Source of the DNA: Parasitella parasitica NRRL 2501
Taxonomy: Eukaryota; Fungi; Mucoromycota
Assembly (NCBI GenBank): GCA_025201805.1
Contig: MU619379.1
Coordinates: 40,731-78,935, forward strand
Direction of reading: 5' to 3'
DNA: 38,205 nucleotides
Within the stretch, counting starts at the first letter, position 1. Every line of letters begins with the position of its first letter. Below are positions 27,462-38,205 of this stretch, piece by piece. Made by a program: the position numbers and the translations under genes. The notes beneath the pieces are model-generated. The model did no database searches. It saw only the letters and a list, made by a program, of their open reading frames with translations, and was not told the DNA's origin.

Positions 27462-29696
27462 ATGTTGGTCAACCATCACTGCCTACTGCAACAGCAGCGA
27501 CGACCAAAACAACAGCAGCAGCCGCACTCGCCCTATATATCATCAAGACAAGGTACGACTCCTTCCACAGTACAAGATGAAGATAAACAGAACAACGACT
27601 TGAAGGAATTGGAAATGATTGGATCAAGGAATTATACCAGCAAACGAGCACCTGATTCTTTCACTTTGTATTGCGCAAAGCGACGCCACGACGAGCATTG
27701 TAATGGAGAACGAATCACCACGCAGCAACTAGCAGAGGAATGGGAGAACTTGACCAAAGATCAAAAAGCCGAATTCCAAAATCAATCGCAATGTATACAG
27801 TTTACCCTAGATATTGACAATCATACTACAACAGCAACAGATCCAAGGAAAAAGCATTCATTTATACCCAAAATTCTAGTCCCTCCTCCTCCTCCTTCTA
27901 TGGTGATTCCCAATGATTCGTCCCCAGTCAGCAGAGACAGAGACGACGAGGATGAGAGCCAAGACCCTTATTTCATGCAAAATACGTCAACATACCATCA
28001 GTCTCATCAGTCTCATCAGTCTCATCAGCAATACAGCCAAAACGGACACCATCACCAGCAATCTACCCATCCTCACCACTCGTCGAGCCTTTTATTGGAA
28101 TCTTTTCAGCTCAACAACAACAACAAAAACAGCCGTTGTAGCAGCAGCAGTAGCAGCAGCAATAGCAGCAGCAATAGCAGCATCATCAGCCATTATCATC
28201 ACCGCACTACATCATCGCCACCTCTGTCTTCTCATTTAGGTCATCACTACTATCAGCAGGAGCAACAGCAGCATCGATCCTCTTATCATTACCATCATTT
28301 GATGAATGACACTTCTCCAATAGCTTCCCCGCCCACACCTTACCGTTTTCATCAGCAACGTCAGTTTTATCCACCCAGCAATAATATTAGCAGCAGTGGC
28401 CAGACCAACACTGTTACAACTCCTACGCACTATGGGTCTACTACAGCTACAGCGTCCACTAAACTGATCCCAAACCTCTCGTATACAGCCGCAGCAGAAG
28501 CTGCAGCTCTCGGATCGCTGTCATTCGACGAGGAAAAATTACACGCTCAGGAGCAACAAATACAGCCTAGACCCCTGACCGGCATAGAAGCAATCGAGCC
28601 ATTAACGCCTTCAACAGCAAACTCCATGCCAGTGGCTAGTCAAAGCACAAAACGAAAATACGGCATATCACCAGAAAAGGTAAAACGACCGCCGAATGCG
28701 TACCTGTTGTTTAATAGAGACATGCGTCGTCAATTACATGATGTCAATCAAGGGTTGAGCTCTGGAGAAATCAGTAAATCGATCAGCCAACGGTGGAAAC
28801 AGCTGTCATCAGTAAGTAGTAGTTTTAGCAACATTGTGTCCCTGGATTTTGCATTAAATTCCAGATTTTGCCAGATTGAAAAAGACGTTTATTTGAAAGA
28901 AGAAGCCAGGCTGAAGGAACAGCATAGAATTGGCCATGATAACTTTATTTACACGCGAAGGTCAAAGGCGGAAATGAAGCAAGCCGGACGCATGAAGAAG
29001 CAGCAGCAGCGGCCCTCATCTCCACAATCGCCAAACGCTCAGGCTCCCATGGTCTCAACAACCATGGCCACCACTAAAAAGCAAACCAGTGCTGCTGCTA
29101 AAAAGAAGCAAGCTGGTACAGTGGGGCGTGATCCGCGTGGACGAAAAAAGAAAAAGGCGGATGATACTTTACCAAAGCACCCAATGTCCGCCTATTTGCA
29201 CTTTGCCAAGGAGATGCGGCCCATCGTGAAGCAAAGGTTTCCCGACGCTCGTCTTGTAGAAATCAGTAAAGTGATTGGAAACGAATGGCGTGCCATGACT
29301 CAAATCGAATTACAAAAATGGATGGATATGGCGAATCTGGACAAAGCCAGATATGCACAAGAAATGAAAGCGCACATTCTTCTTGGCCAACACCGGGAGC
29401 ATGCAATCGCCAGTGATGATGCTGAATCGCTCCATAGCGCCAGTATTGAAAGTACAGCTATGTCTCCATTGTCAGCAGCAGCAGCCGCAGCGACAAGAAA
29501 AAAAAGAAGGTTTTCTTCTATTTCGTCCTCTTCGACCCATCATAGTGCAAGTAATGCAGCAGCCGCTTCGACTATGGATGAGTTGGATAGTGACATTATT
29601 GCATGCGTAGCACAGATGGTAAACTCAAGTGCTCTTTCTACTCAGAGTGATAATGTTAGGGGGGGGGGTGCAGCAAAGGGTAGCTTTGTAAATTAA
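27462..29696 (+). CDS. HMG-box protein with three boxes and a long Q/H/S low-complexity linker; in-frame intron 28812-28874
   Basis: Box 1 KRAPDSFTLYC...LAEEWENLTKDQKAEF; box 2 KRPPNAYLLFNRDMRR...ISKSISQRWKQLS|IEKDVY...FIYTRRSK; box 3 PKHPMSAYLHFAKEMR...ISKVIGNEWRAM...DKARYAQEM. Confidence 0.88.
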   Translation: MLVNHHCLLQQQRRPKQQQQPHSPYISSRQGTTPSTVQDEDKQNNDLKELEMIGSRNYTSKRAPDSFTLYCAKRRHDEHCNGERITTQQLAEEWENLTKDQKAEFQNQSQCIQFTLDIDNHTTTATDPRKKHSFIPKILVPPPPPSMVIPNDSSPVSRDRDDEDESQDPYFMQNTSTYHQSHQSHQSHQQYSQNGHHHQQSTHPHHSSSLLLESFQLNNNNKNSRCSSSSSSSNSSSNSSIISHYHHRTTSSPPLSSHLGHHYYQQEQQQHRSSYHYHHLMNDTSPIASPPTPYRFHQQRQFYPPSNNISSSGQTNTVTTPTHYGSTTATASTKLIPNLSYTAAAEAAALGSLSFDEEKLHAQEQQIQPRPLTGIEAIEPLTPSTANSMPVASQSTKRKYGISPEKVKRPPNAYLLFNRDMRRQLHDVNQGLSSGEISKSISQRWKQLSSVSSSFSNIVSLDFALNSRFCQIEKDVYLKEEARLKEQHRIGHDNFIYTRRSKAEMKQAGRMKKQQQRPSSPQSPNAQAPMVSTTMATTKKQTSAAAKKKQAGTVGRDPRGRKKKKADDTLPKHPMSAYLHFAKEMRPIVKQRFPDARLVEISKVIGNEWRAMTQIELQKWMDMANLDKARYAQEMKAHILLGQHREHAIASDDAESLHSASIESTAMSPLSAAAAAATRKKRRFSSISSSSTHHSASNAAAASTMDELDSDIIACVAQMVNSSALSTQSDNVRGGGAAKGSFVN

Positions 29697-30464
29697 ATTG
29701 TTACATATCATATTCATTTTAATAAATCATGTATATAAAATCCTGGAACATTGAACATGATATTACACTGATCTCAAATCTGTGTAGGGTGCGTATGCTT
29801 CTCCTTTTTGATTTTCAAGGACATGATGTATTCAAAAAGAGTCAGGAACGACAATCTCAGGAACCCAGCTAACCTTGGGTTTATTGTCGCTATTGACAAA
29901 AGCAGACTGGATGGAACAGATATTGCGCAAAAATTCATAAGGGACGTTCAGTTGAGTACTGTAACAACAGTCTATCAACATATAGCTAACTTTGTAGATA
30001 TCCTAAAATAGACACAGTGAACACGAGGTTTACATGTAATAGACAGCTGCATAGTCTACCGTAGTGCTCTAGTTGTTAATCTGGCAACAAAAAGAAGCTT
30101 TGGACCATCATTTATGCCATCATACCATCCTTTTTTTTTTTTTTTTTTTTTTTTTGAATACTATCGGTCTATAGTTTCAATCGATTAGAGTCACTTACAA
30201 CACTAAAGCTGTCAAGGCTAGATACCACATTCTGGAAGTTTTTGGGAAGGATGCATAAAGAAAGAACTTGAATTAAGTTGGAGGGTAAATCAGTGTTTAT
30301 CAGAAATCGTGTTTTATTGCAGACATAAAATTATGAGATTGTCCAAAATTCAAATCCCCAAGCGTCTACAGTGAAATTTAATTTGTCCCTAACAAAATTT
30401 GTAAAAGATAGTCTTTTTACTTTTTTTTTTTACAAAGAGTTCAGGATGCAACTCGAAACTCCCT

Positions 30465-31438
30465 TCATGTTTCCATAGAGCAAAATAGCAATGTTGTAAA
30501 TGTATCATCTGCAGTTTTGACTTGATGTTCCTTACGCTTCGTCCCAATAAACACAAACAGTTGATCCTCTGCTCCCAAAAAAGCACCAATTTCTTGCTTC
30601 TCGACAGTGTTTCCCTCTTCATCTCGTTCTCTGCAAGACACAAGTTTCCGCACGGGTTCGTATTCAAAGTACCTACCAAAGTAATCTTGCCAAAACCCTA
30701 ATTCTTTTTCAAGCGAACGGCATTTGTAGCCAATCACTACCCGAGTGCATGCATCACAAACATCTAACAGTGTATCCAATAGCATCCCAAATAATTCAGG
30801 AAAGTAAACACAATCGCTCACCACAACCAGATCGAAACGGCCTTGATCTACTAATCGTTTTGCATCCTCACGATTGCCCCAGTGAAGTCTATCTACAATC
30901 ACTTCCGCCGCTGATCCATCGTCGTCGTTCGGACTGATATGTAGTTTCACGTTTTCTTGTATTAACGGCACAACTTGCATTATATCTGTAATGTACACTT
31001 GTGCAGGTTTACGCAACTGTCGTGCTAATGCAATACCTACGTATCCGGTCCCTGCGCCAAGTTCAAGAATGCGAAATGGTTTTTCTACTTGATCACCAGT
31101 GTCATCTGATAGAGTGGGTTTGTTGTAGTAGGCTTTTGGGATAGGATTGCTAGGTTCAATTGTTGATCGCGTATCAGGCGAAAATAATGTTTGTAACATA
31201 TAGGCGCTGTTCATTTCGTCGTCAGTACTATGTATCAAAGCAGCACATGGAAGTAAAAATACCTCTGCCATATTTTGCCAGCTAATCCAAATTGGTCAAC
31301 ATCTTGCTTAAGTTCAAGTGAACATGTATCCAAATATGCTGGTGCTCCTTCAGACGCAGTTACATTAAGCCATTCTGGGAAATTTCCAATTTTAAAATCT
31401 CGATCATTTTGATTTTCGTGTTGGCTTTGTTTCAACAT
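30465..31438 (-). CDS. Methyltransf_16 family (METTL21/Efm-like) protein-lysine methyltransferase, 1 intron
   Basis: GLAGKIWQ|SAYML, RILELGAGTGYVGIALA (SAM motif I), VYITD, LHWG, DLVVVSDCVY (DxxY). Confidence 0.9.
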
Positions 31439-31562
31439 AGTGTAGAGACAAAGAAGAAAGCAGAAAAAAATATTTGTTAACTGCCATAAACAAACAGAGA
31501 GATGCTGTGTATTAATGATGGGCGATATAGTGACACGATCATTTGGCGGGATTTTTATATTC

Positions 31563-31850
31563 TTAGACTTCCCTCAGAACAAAGTTGGGATTGATGGCTT
31601 CTGCTGTGACCCAGTCTTCACTGACATACTTGGGAATGTTCTTTCTGAACTTTTGTGCTGTCTTATGTAAGTTGTCTGTTTGGGCGCAATGCTCCAGTTC
31701 TTCGACGATGGAGGAAGGTAATGGACGACCTTGGTAACGTTCCTCTGTTTCTTGTCTGACCTGTTGGGTGACGAGTTCGACGAGTTCGACGAGTTGGTTA
31801 ATTTGGTTTAGAGTAAATACTGGGGCATCTTGTTGTTCAGTACTACTCAT
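31563..31850 (-). pseudogene. Truncated ORF1/gag-like fragment, possibly of a DIRS-type retrotransposon
   Basis: 95-aa intronless ORF (PLPSSIVEELE...KFRKNIPKY...WVTAEAINPNF) that I recall as resembling repetitive Mucorales retroelement ORF1s; ends abruptly; lies among TE debris. Family call is from memory only. Confidence 0.4.
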
Positions 31851-32130
31851 AGTTAGCTACGAATGCGTGGCTTGAAAAGATCTGGAGAAACAGGGGATTA
31901 TGAGATAAGATTCTTAGTTTTATACTGAAAATAAAGCGTGGCTGGAAAGCCTGTACCACTTCTTCTACCTTCGCTTCGGCAACTGTTGTATTCGCGCATT
32001 CTAAATAACCCAGTTTTCGCTTTTGATTAAACCAAACTGTGCTTTGCACCATCCCAATTTGCGCTTTTGCCAACGCAAATGACGTACGTATTAAAAACTT
32101 TATTGTTATTCATTTGTTCAAAGGAAGTTA

Positions 32131-32358
32131 TCAAATAAGCTCCATTCGAAGGCATTTGTCAAACATATTCACAGAATGTTGGCTCATGTTTAGGAGAGCT
32201 GATGCTTTTATCCTATTAGATGCTTCCGCCACCCTTGTCTTGAGATCCTCCTCTCCAGAAAATTTACTTCTTTTGACGTGTGCCTTCATTGTAGACCAAA
32301 AGTTCTCGTTCGGATTCAGCTCAGGTGAATACGGAGGAGGGTAAACACTTTTATACAT
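32131..32358 (-). mobile_element. Tc1/IS630-like DDE transposase C-terminal fragment
   Basis: PPYSPELNPNENFWSTMKAHVKR matches the DDE_3 motif LPPYSPELNPIExxW; the N-terminal part is missing. Confidence 0.88.
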
Positions 32359-33951
32359 ATATGAGTGAGTGCCGGACGATGAAATAGAAGACTACAACAC
32401 ACCTCGATCATTTGACTCAGTACTTTGTCTTCAAGGCTGGCGCCCCATCGCAAAGCAAGCAGGTTTCTCATCAGGAATGCGCACAGATCTGTGGCTGATG
32501 GCCAAAGATTGTGATTGAATGCAAGACATCAAGTACTTTAAGCTTGATCTTGGAACATTGAAGATCATTGTCGATATGATATCATGAATGCAGTAATATA
32601 GATAGTATTGTCATCATTGAGATGGTATATTATATCGTAGTTATACTATATGTATGATTGCGATATAACCTACTCAATCAAAATAAAAAGCACGACCAAG
32701 AGACGACGGTCGATGTGTTCTTTGCCTTGCAGTTCCGGGCTTTAGGCTCTACCAGACTTTATACTACCTATTGTTCCACCTTGCTTAAATGTTCTCAAGG
32801 TCTCGGTTGCCGCGCCGTTCTACGCTGCTGGTTGGTGATTTGCACAAGAGCTGACTCAGGGTCGAGTCCAGTCATAAGAAGATTTCTTCTATGTATTTGC
32901 TTAGAAATCTTCAGTGTGATTGAAGTATACTTGCTCGTTGTATCTAAGTTCAGGCCGCTGTCCAGACTTGTTGATGACTTTCATCTCTGGATGTGATCAT
33001 TTAATGTGCTGTGCAATCTGTTATATCCTTTCTTTTTCTGCTGGCAAAAAGCGCACTGGAATTGGCTGTCATCTAGCATCAGCATTCTAAATGTCATTAT
33101 CGGTTTGTTAGTTCTTGAGGTTATGATCGTAAAATATAATAAAGACTTTGATAAAGATAATGGGCCTTTGTTACAGAGAAAAAGAAAAGGGAAGAAAGAA
33201 ATCACTTTTTTTATTTCATGAAATTGCTCTCAAATTTATTCCACCATTTAATGATCTGGGAGATACATTGCTGTTGCTACCGGTAGTTCCACAAATCGAA
33301 AATCACAGAGACGTATACATTGCAAGTGCTGTAAGATAGTTTCTTGTTTGTCGTTAAACAAATTGCACTTTCCAAGCCCTCCAAATCTACTTCTGAATTT
33401 TCGTTTGACATGTCGTAGATATAAGTTTTTCCAGCTTTACGGATTTTGCGTGCTACCACCTGTTTTGAAGCACCGTTAGTTAGCTGCTACAAATATCATT
33501 TTCATTTGTATCATATTTACCGATTCCAAAAGGAATGCAAGCAGCTTTCCACCGGTAACTTGAAACAAGACGCAACAGGATAGACAGAATAAATCTTCTC
33601 GCACAACAAAAGGAATTCAGCCTGTCTATGACAGTAAGCTAAAGAGGTATTAATGCCACGGGCCTTTTGAATTTCTCTGTATGCCAGATTGCTGGTGCTG
33701 GCTTCGTGTTCGAGTATAAGAGACTGTGATGCGGCCACGACTATCAAAGAGAGTTTGAGAGGAGCTCCCGCTAATGGTTTTATTCTGAGTGTCTTCTTCA
33801 GTGGTTGCCTCGTCTTCTAGGTCTTGATTCTTATTGCCACACTTTCTTCTCTGAAACATTTTCAAAAAATGAGGGATACGATCACGGATCAGCTGTTCAA
33901 CCTGGTCTTCATATGCTGTCAAACGAGGTAAAAGAAGTGAAAGAAAGAGGT

Positions 33952-34112
33952 GCAGAAGCAAAAGCTTACATGCTACCAACAGAGGAGTTGCACACTACAC
34001 AATGTTGGATTCTCAACCTTGAAGAAAAAGGGTAAAAGAAAGAGACGCAGAAGCAAAAGCTTACATGCTACCAACAGAGGAGTTGCACACTACACAATGT
34101 TGCATTCTCAAT
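33952..34112 (+). repeat. Tandem duplication, period 95 bp
   Basis: GCAGAAGCAAAAGCTTACATGCTACCAACAGAGGAGTTGCACACTACACAATGTTG at 33952 and 34047. Confidence 0.92.
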
Positions 34113-34861
34113 TTTGAAAGAAATGATAATAACAATGATAACAGTGATGGTAAAAAAAAAACAAATAGGAAGTGTGCTGAAGTGATAGAACTTCCCACAA
34201 AAAGTAATTGAATGTCATTTCTTACGGAACTACCTTAGAGATTCCAAATCAAGCTAATAAACAGATCACCTAAATATCTAACCGTGAAACCGCGAAGCAT
34301 TTATAAAAAGAAATCGAACCACAAACCACATTTGGAACGCATAGACCAATGTAAGGACTGGTCCACGCATGTCATTTACAAATGTGTCAGAAACATCGAT
34401 ATTAGAATACCGTACTTGATTATGTAAAATCAAATACAGAAAAACCTGACTGACAGTTACGGCATAACTGACAGACAGACCGTTGACAACAACGAATATA
34501 AATAGAGTAGAAATGTCTAACCTTTGCACGTTATCTTATTCCAAAAAATAAAGAAGGAATTAAATTGTATCTATTGTTTTTTTACACTTTTTATTACAGG
34601 AAGGACCGGAAACAAATGAGGAGCCTGGGCATGGAGAATTCGTCAGTGGATGACATTTATCTTTTATTTTTATGTGGGTCGGAAACCTGAGGAGACCAAA
34701 AGGAAACCTCTGATTTCATATCCCGCAAAAATATAATGTAATAAATCAAATGTCAAAACATGACGAAAATCAGTACATCCAAATATGAAATGAAGCAGAT
34801 ATGAAGCGCAGGCAATTAATTGAACTTATTCAAGAGGGAAACCCATTTAAAATAATTAAAA

Positions 34862-35290
34862 TGCAAGGTGTCATCTCTGAATTTTTATGGCCCACAGTAA
34901 CTATCGCTGATATCCGTCACTCTATCCTCAACCTTGATTTTTACAACATTCGATACAGTCAAAAGCCCCTGGCCCCCTCCTACATTATCGTCATTATCAC
35001 TTTGGCAAATGTCTGGAAGGCTCACTTTCGCTTTATTTTTCAACAACAACCTTTTTCGGCAACCTCTATTTTGAATCACATCCGACTTGACATCTCCAAG
35101 ATGATCGACGAAGATCAAGTTCACTCTATGTTGTAATTTTCTTTGTCCTTTAGTATTATCTCTTTCCTTCTCCTACTTGTCTTTCTATTTTTTATTACTA
35201 CTATCAATATAAATTGCGCCCGCCTCTTGGTTACTACAGTCTCGCTACTTTAATCTACACGGAGCAAACAAAAAAAACCTTTAAAAAAAT
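34862..35290 (+). mobile_element. 5'-truncated L1/Tx1-like LINE (ORF2 C-terminus, 3' UTR, A-rich tail)
   Basis: VISEFLWP...IITLANVWKAHFRFIFQQQPF matches the IWxxHWxxIF motif downstream of zf-RVT; followed by a T-rich UTR and an A-rich tail at ~35266-35289. Confidence 0.75.
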
Positions 35291-35429
35291 AATAATTAAA
35301 ATTTAGATTTTGATAAAATAAAGTGATATCATGGATAAACTCTTTTGTTATTTGACATGCGAACCAAATTTACCGCATAAAAAATCGCCTTTTCTAATTA
35401 TATTCTTGTATACTGTATACAAATCTGTA

Positions 35430-35520
35430 ATGAGCATTAAATTTTTTAGAGAAGACCGACTTGGACGAGTGTACAATGAGGACGGTACTGAAGCTATGGA
35501 CTGGGACGAAGAAGTTGCGC
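35430..35520 (+). pseudogene. 5' fragment of a Mucorales Tc1/IS630-like transposase
   Basis: MSIKFFREDRLGRVYNEDGTEAMDWDEEV resembles the N-termini I recall for this transposase family; truncated. Confidence 0.5.
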
Positions 35521-35596
35521 GTATGGATCAGCCATGATCCATCTGGATTTTATTTTAATGTAATTGTGGTGCTATATAATAGGTGCCATTTCATTA

Positions 35597-36653
35597 CACC
35601 CAAACCTCAGATTTGATTTTCAATTTTCGACTTTGAGTCGATCTTCAGGATCATTTTTAGGTACGAATTTGAGGTCCTAACTAAGAATACAGACTAATAC
35701 TAGTATAATAACTGTACATCACTACGTCTTCCAATTCTCAATATCTATCTTTGCTGTCGAGATATTGCCAAAACTAGGTCTTGCAAATTTTTCAGATTTT
35801 ACAGCATATGGTCCTATAACAAGTACCATATTTTGCAACTAAACCAAGTTCAAGTTTTTGAGTAAAGTAATAAAGCATGTTTTTTTACTCCTACTAGTTC
35901 TAAAAATGTTGTATTTAAGCTCGAAATTGAAAAGCTTGAGCCAGTTTTGTCTTTTTACGTTAAACTTTGTTCTCCAGTTTCTCAACAAACCACTAAGACA
36001 CTTTGGCTTGAGATATTATTAAAATCTTTTTGAAACTTGATTTTCTACTAGATGTATTAGTTTTTAACTGAATAGGTAGAAAAAAATATTTTCTCATGTG
36101 TTTTTAGCAGACGCTTATTTTATTTTCATAACTTTCAGAGCAATAAATGGTATATAAAGATATATGAGAGAGCAATACAAAAATAAAGCTACAACATAGC
36201 TACCGAAGGGTTTTTGTTTTGTCAAAAAATACCAATTTTTGAGGGAGAAAATCTCATAAAATGGAATCAGTTTTTACCCTTTTGAATGGCTTCATTTTGG
36301 CCCTCTAAACATAGGACCGGAATATTGTAGATTCATTTTGGTCGAGACAAGATTTTGATTTTTGGCAGTAAAAATAAAGCCACAGTTGTGAACAAGATAT
36401 TGATGTGTAGGTATTGACATGATGGTTTGTTTGGTCAACTTTATAGAGCTGCAAGTGCTCCAAATTGTCTTGAATTTACTCAAAAACTATCAAAAAAGGC
36501 GTTTTTTGAATATTTGAAAATTGGTAATAAGAAAAGGTGTTTCTGTAATGTTGTAATTTATATGGCTGGATGCAGAATTTATTTTTTGCCATAAAGCACT
36601 TAGTACACATATCCGATATACCTATTGCGTTTATGAGATATCCAGCAATGAAC
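35597..36653 (-). repeat. Inverted copy of the 216-1270 repeat, cut off by an assembly gap
   Basis: Colinear reverse-complement match over 1055 bp; its inner end reads TA-CACCCAAACCTCAG. Confidence 0.92.
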
Positions 36654-36958
36654 NNNNNNNNNNNNNNNNNNNNNNNNNNNNNNNNNNNNNNNNNNNNNNN
36701 NNNNNNNNNNNNNNNNNNNNNNNNNNNNNNNNNNNNNNNNNNNNNNNNNNNNNNNNNNNNNNNNNNNNNNNNNNNNNNNNNNNNNNNNNNNNNNNNNNNN
36801 NNNNNNNNNNNNNNNNNNNNNNNNNNNNNNNNNNNNNNNNNNNNNNNNNNNNNNNNNNNNNNNNNNNNNNNNNNNNNNNNNNNNNNNNNNNNNNNNNNNN
36901 NNNNNNNNNNNNNNNNNNNNNNNNNNNNNNNNNNNNNNNNNNNNNNNNNNNNNNNNNN
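36654..36958. other. Assembly gap (305 N)
   Basis: Run of N. Confidence 1.
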
Positions 36959-37110
36959 AGGTACAGGTTTGGGGTCTAAGATTATATCCTAATAGTAGTA
37001 CAATAACTTTATCTCACTACGTTTTCTGATTCTTGATATCTGTCTTTGCTATTAAGCTACTGCCAAAACAAGATTTTGCTGATTTCATAGCATATGGGCC
37101 CGTGGCAAGT
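36959..37110 (-). repeat. Third, more diverged partial copy of the repeat
   Basis: AGGTACAGGTTTGGGGTC...CACTACGTTTTC...TCTTTGCT...TGCCAAAAC...GCATATGG aligns with 35659-35825 in the same orientation. Confidence 0.75.
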
Positions 37111-38205
37111 TTTGTAGACGGGTATTTTCCAAGATATATAGTTTGAGTATGAATAGAGGTTATTTATTTAATTTCAAAAGTCATTAGTTTTGCATCTGGT
37201 TTTATTTAGAAAGTCTTTATCACGTTAAAGTAACACATCTACACAACAACATTTCACTGTACAATTTACAAACATTAAAGTATAAAAAATCGAACATTTT
37301 GGACTAAAAAACAAAATTTCGGTTTTTCTGTTTTATCTATTACAACTCACTTTAATCTTGGCAGAGTTAAATTTTTGTTTTTGTAGTTCCGTATTATGCT
37401 TGGAGACTTGTTGTGATATATTTGGCATCAAATATTATGCAATCAAAAAGTTTTGAAGATGATTTCCTTGGCAAACAGAACCATTCAGAAAGAAAAAATG
37501 CGCTTGCTTTTTTTAAATTCAGCTGCGTCCTCAATAAAGGCCTTGAAGGTATAGCTGGTAACTATACCATGACATATCAGCATGAAATTATCTCTCTTTT
37601 CAGAATCAGTACTAAAAGATAGGTCACAATCTCTATATTTTGAATACAATACCAATAAAAAGCACAACGTACCTTATAACCGTCGTATTTTCAAAAGGTT
37701 ACTGCTGTATGTCGCAAATTTCTCAATTTCGCTTGTTTGTACTGAGCAGTGTAGAGACAGGAGAAACCACTCACATGCCAATTATAATACACCATTCTAA
37801 TTCTACAATGCATTCAAACTTGGCTGTCATAATTAAAAGTCTAAAGAGAAACTATGAGACTTGAAATAACTGCTTTTCGCATTTTGTCCTCATTTCATAA
37901 ACATCTTAAATTGAGATAACTTTTCATCCAAGCAACCAATTTTCAAAACATAAAAAGTATCATATTCCACAACATCAAGTCTATCTTTTCATTTAGGTTT
38001 AGTCCACCAGATTATAGATCTTCCTTTAGTTTTGCCACTTTTATTGTTTACTGGTTTGCATGCATTTACTGTTTACGCAAAAATAAGGTCACAGGCGTAT
38101 TAAAAAATTGGCTACGCCTTTTTTTTTTTTTTTTGCTGCTTTTCCACTTTTATTACGCTATTATTTTTTTTTTATATACTCTTATACTTGATCATCTACA
38201 ATCCA

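Overview
Eukaryotic, AT-rich, intron-rich fungal DNA. Short ~55-75 nt introns and the gene and transposon families seen suggest Mucorales (inference). Positions ~1.9-31.4 kb hold 14 protein-coding genes, mostly housekeeping: GTPBP2-like GTPase, ricin-B lectin/CipC(DUF3759)-like fusion, SMC3, SERTA-like small protein, tail-anchored septin-like GTPase, Mic12-like, Rdx/SelW-like redoxin, Mgr3-like TPR protein, OPT/YSL transporter, SPC2, glutathione reductase, FAHD1, a three-HMG-box protein and a METTL21-like methyltransferase. A pogo/Tc1-type MITE with a higher-order minisatellite sits at 21.4-22.2 kb. A transposon graveyard (DIRS-like, Tc1/IS630-like, LINE fragments) occupies 31.5-35.6 kb. The whole block is bracketed by two inverted copies of a >=1055-bp non-coding repeat (216-1270 and 35599-36653; the right copy runs into an assembly gap). 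Most notable: the inverted-repeat bracket, a triple-HMG gene beside glrA with an in-frame intron inside one HMG box, a His->Tyr change at the catalytic position of the GTPBP2-like protein, the septin-like protein with altered G4 and a C-terminal TM, the lectin-CipC fusion, and three GC-AG introns. All family calls are from motif recognition only; no searches were run.
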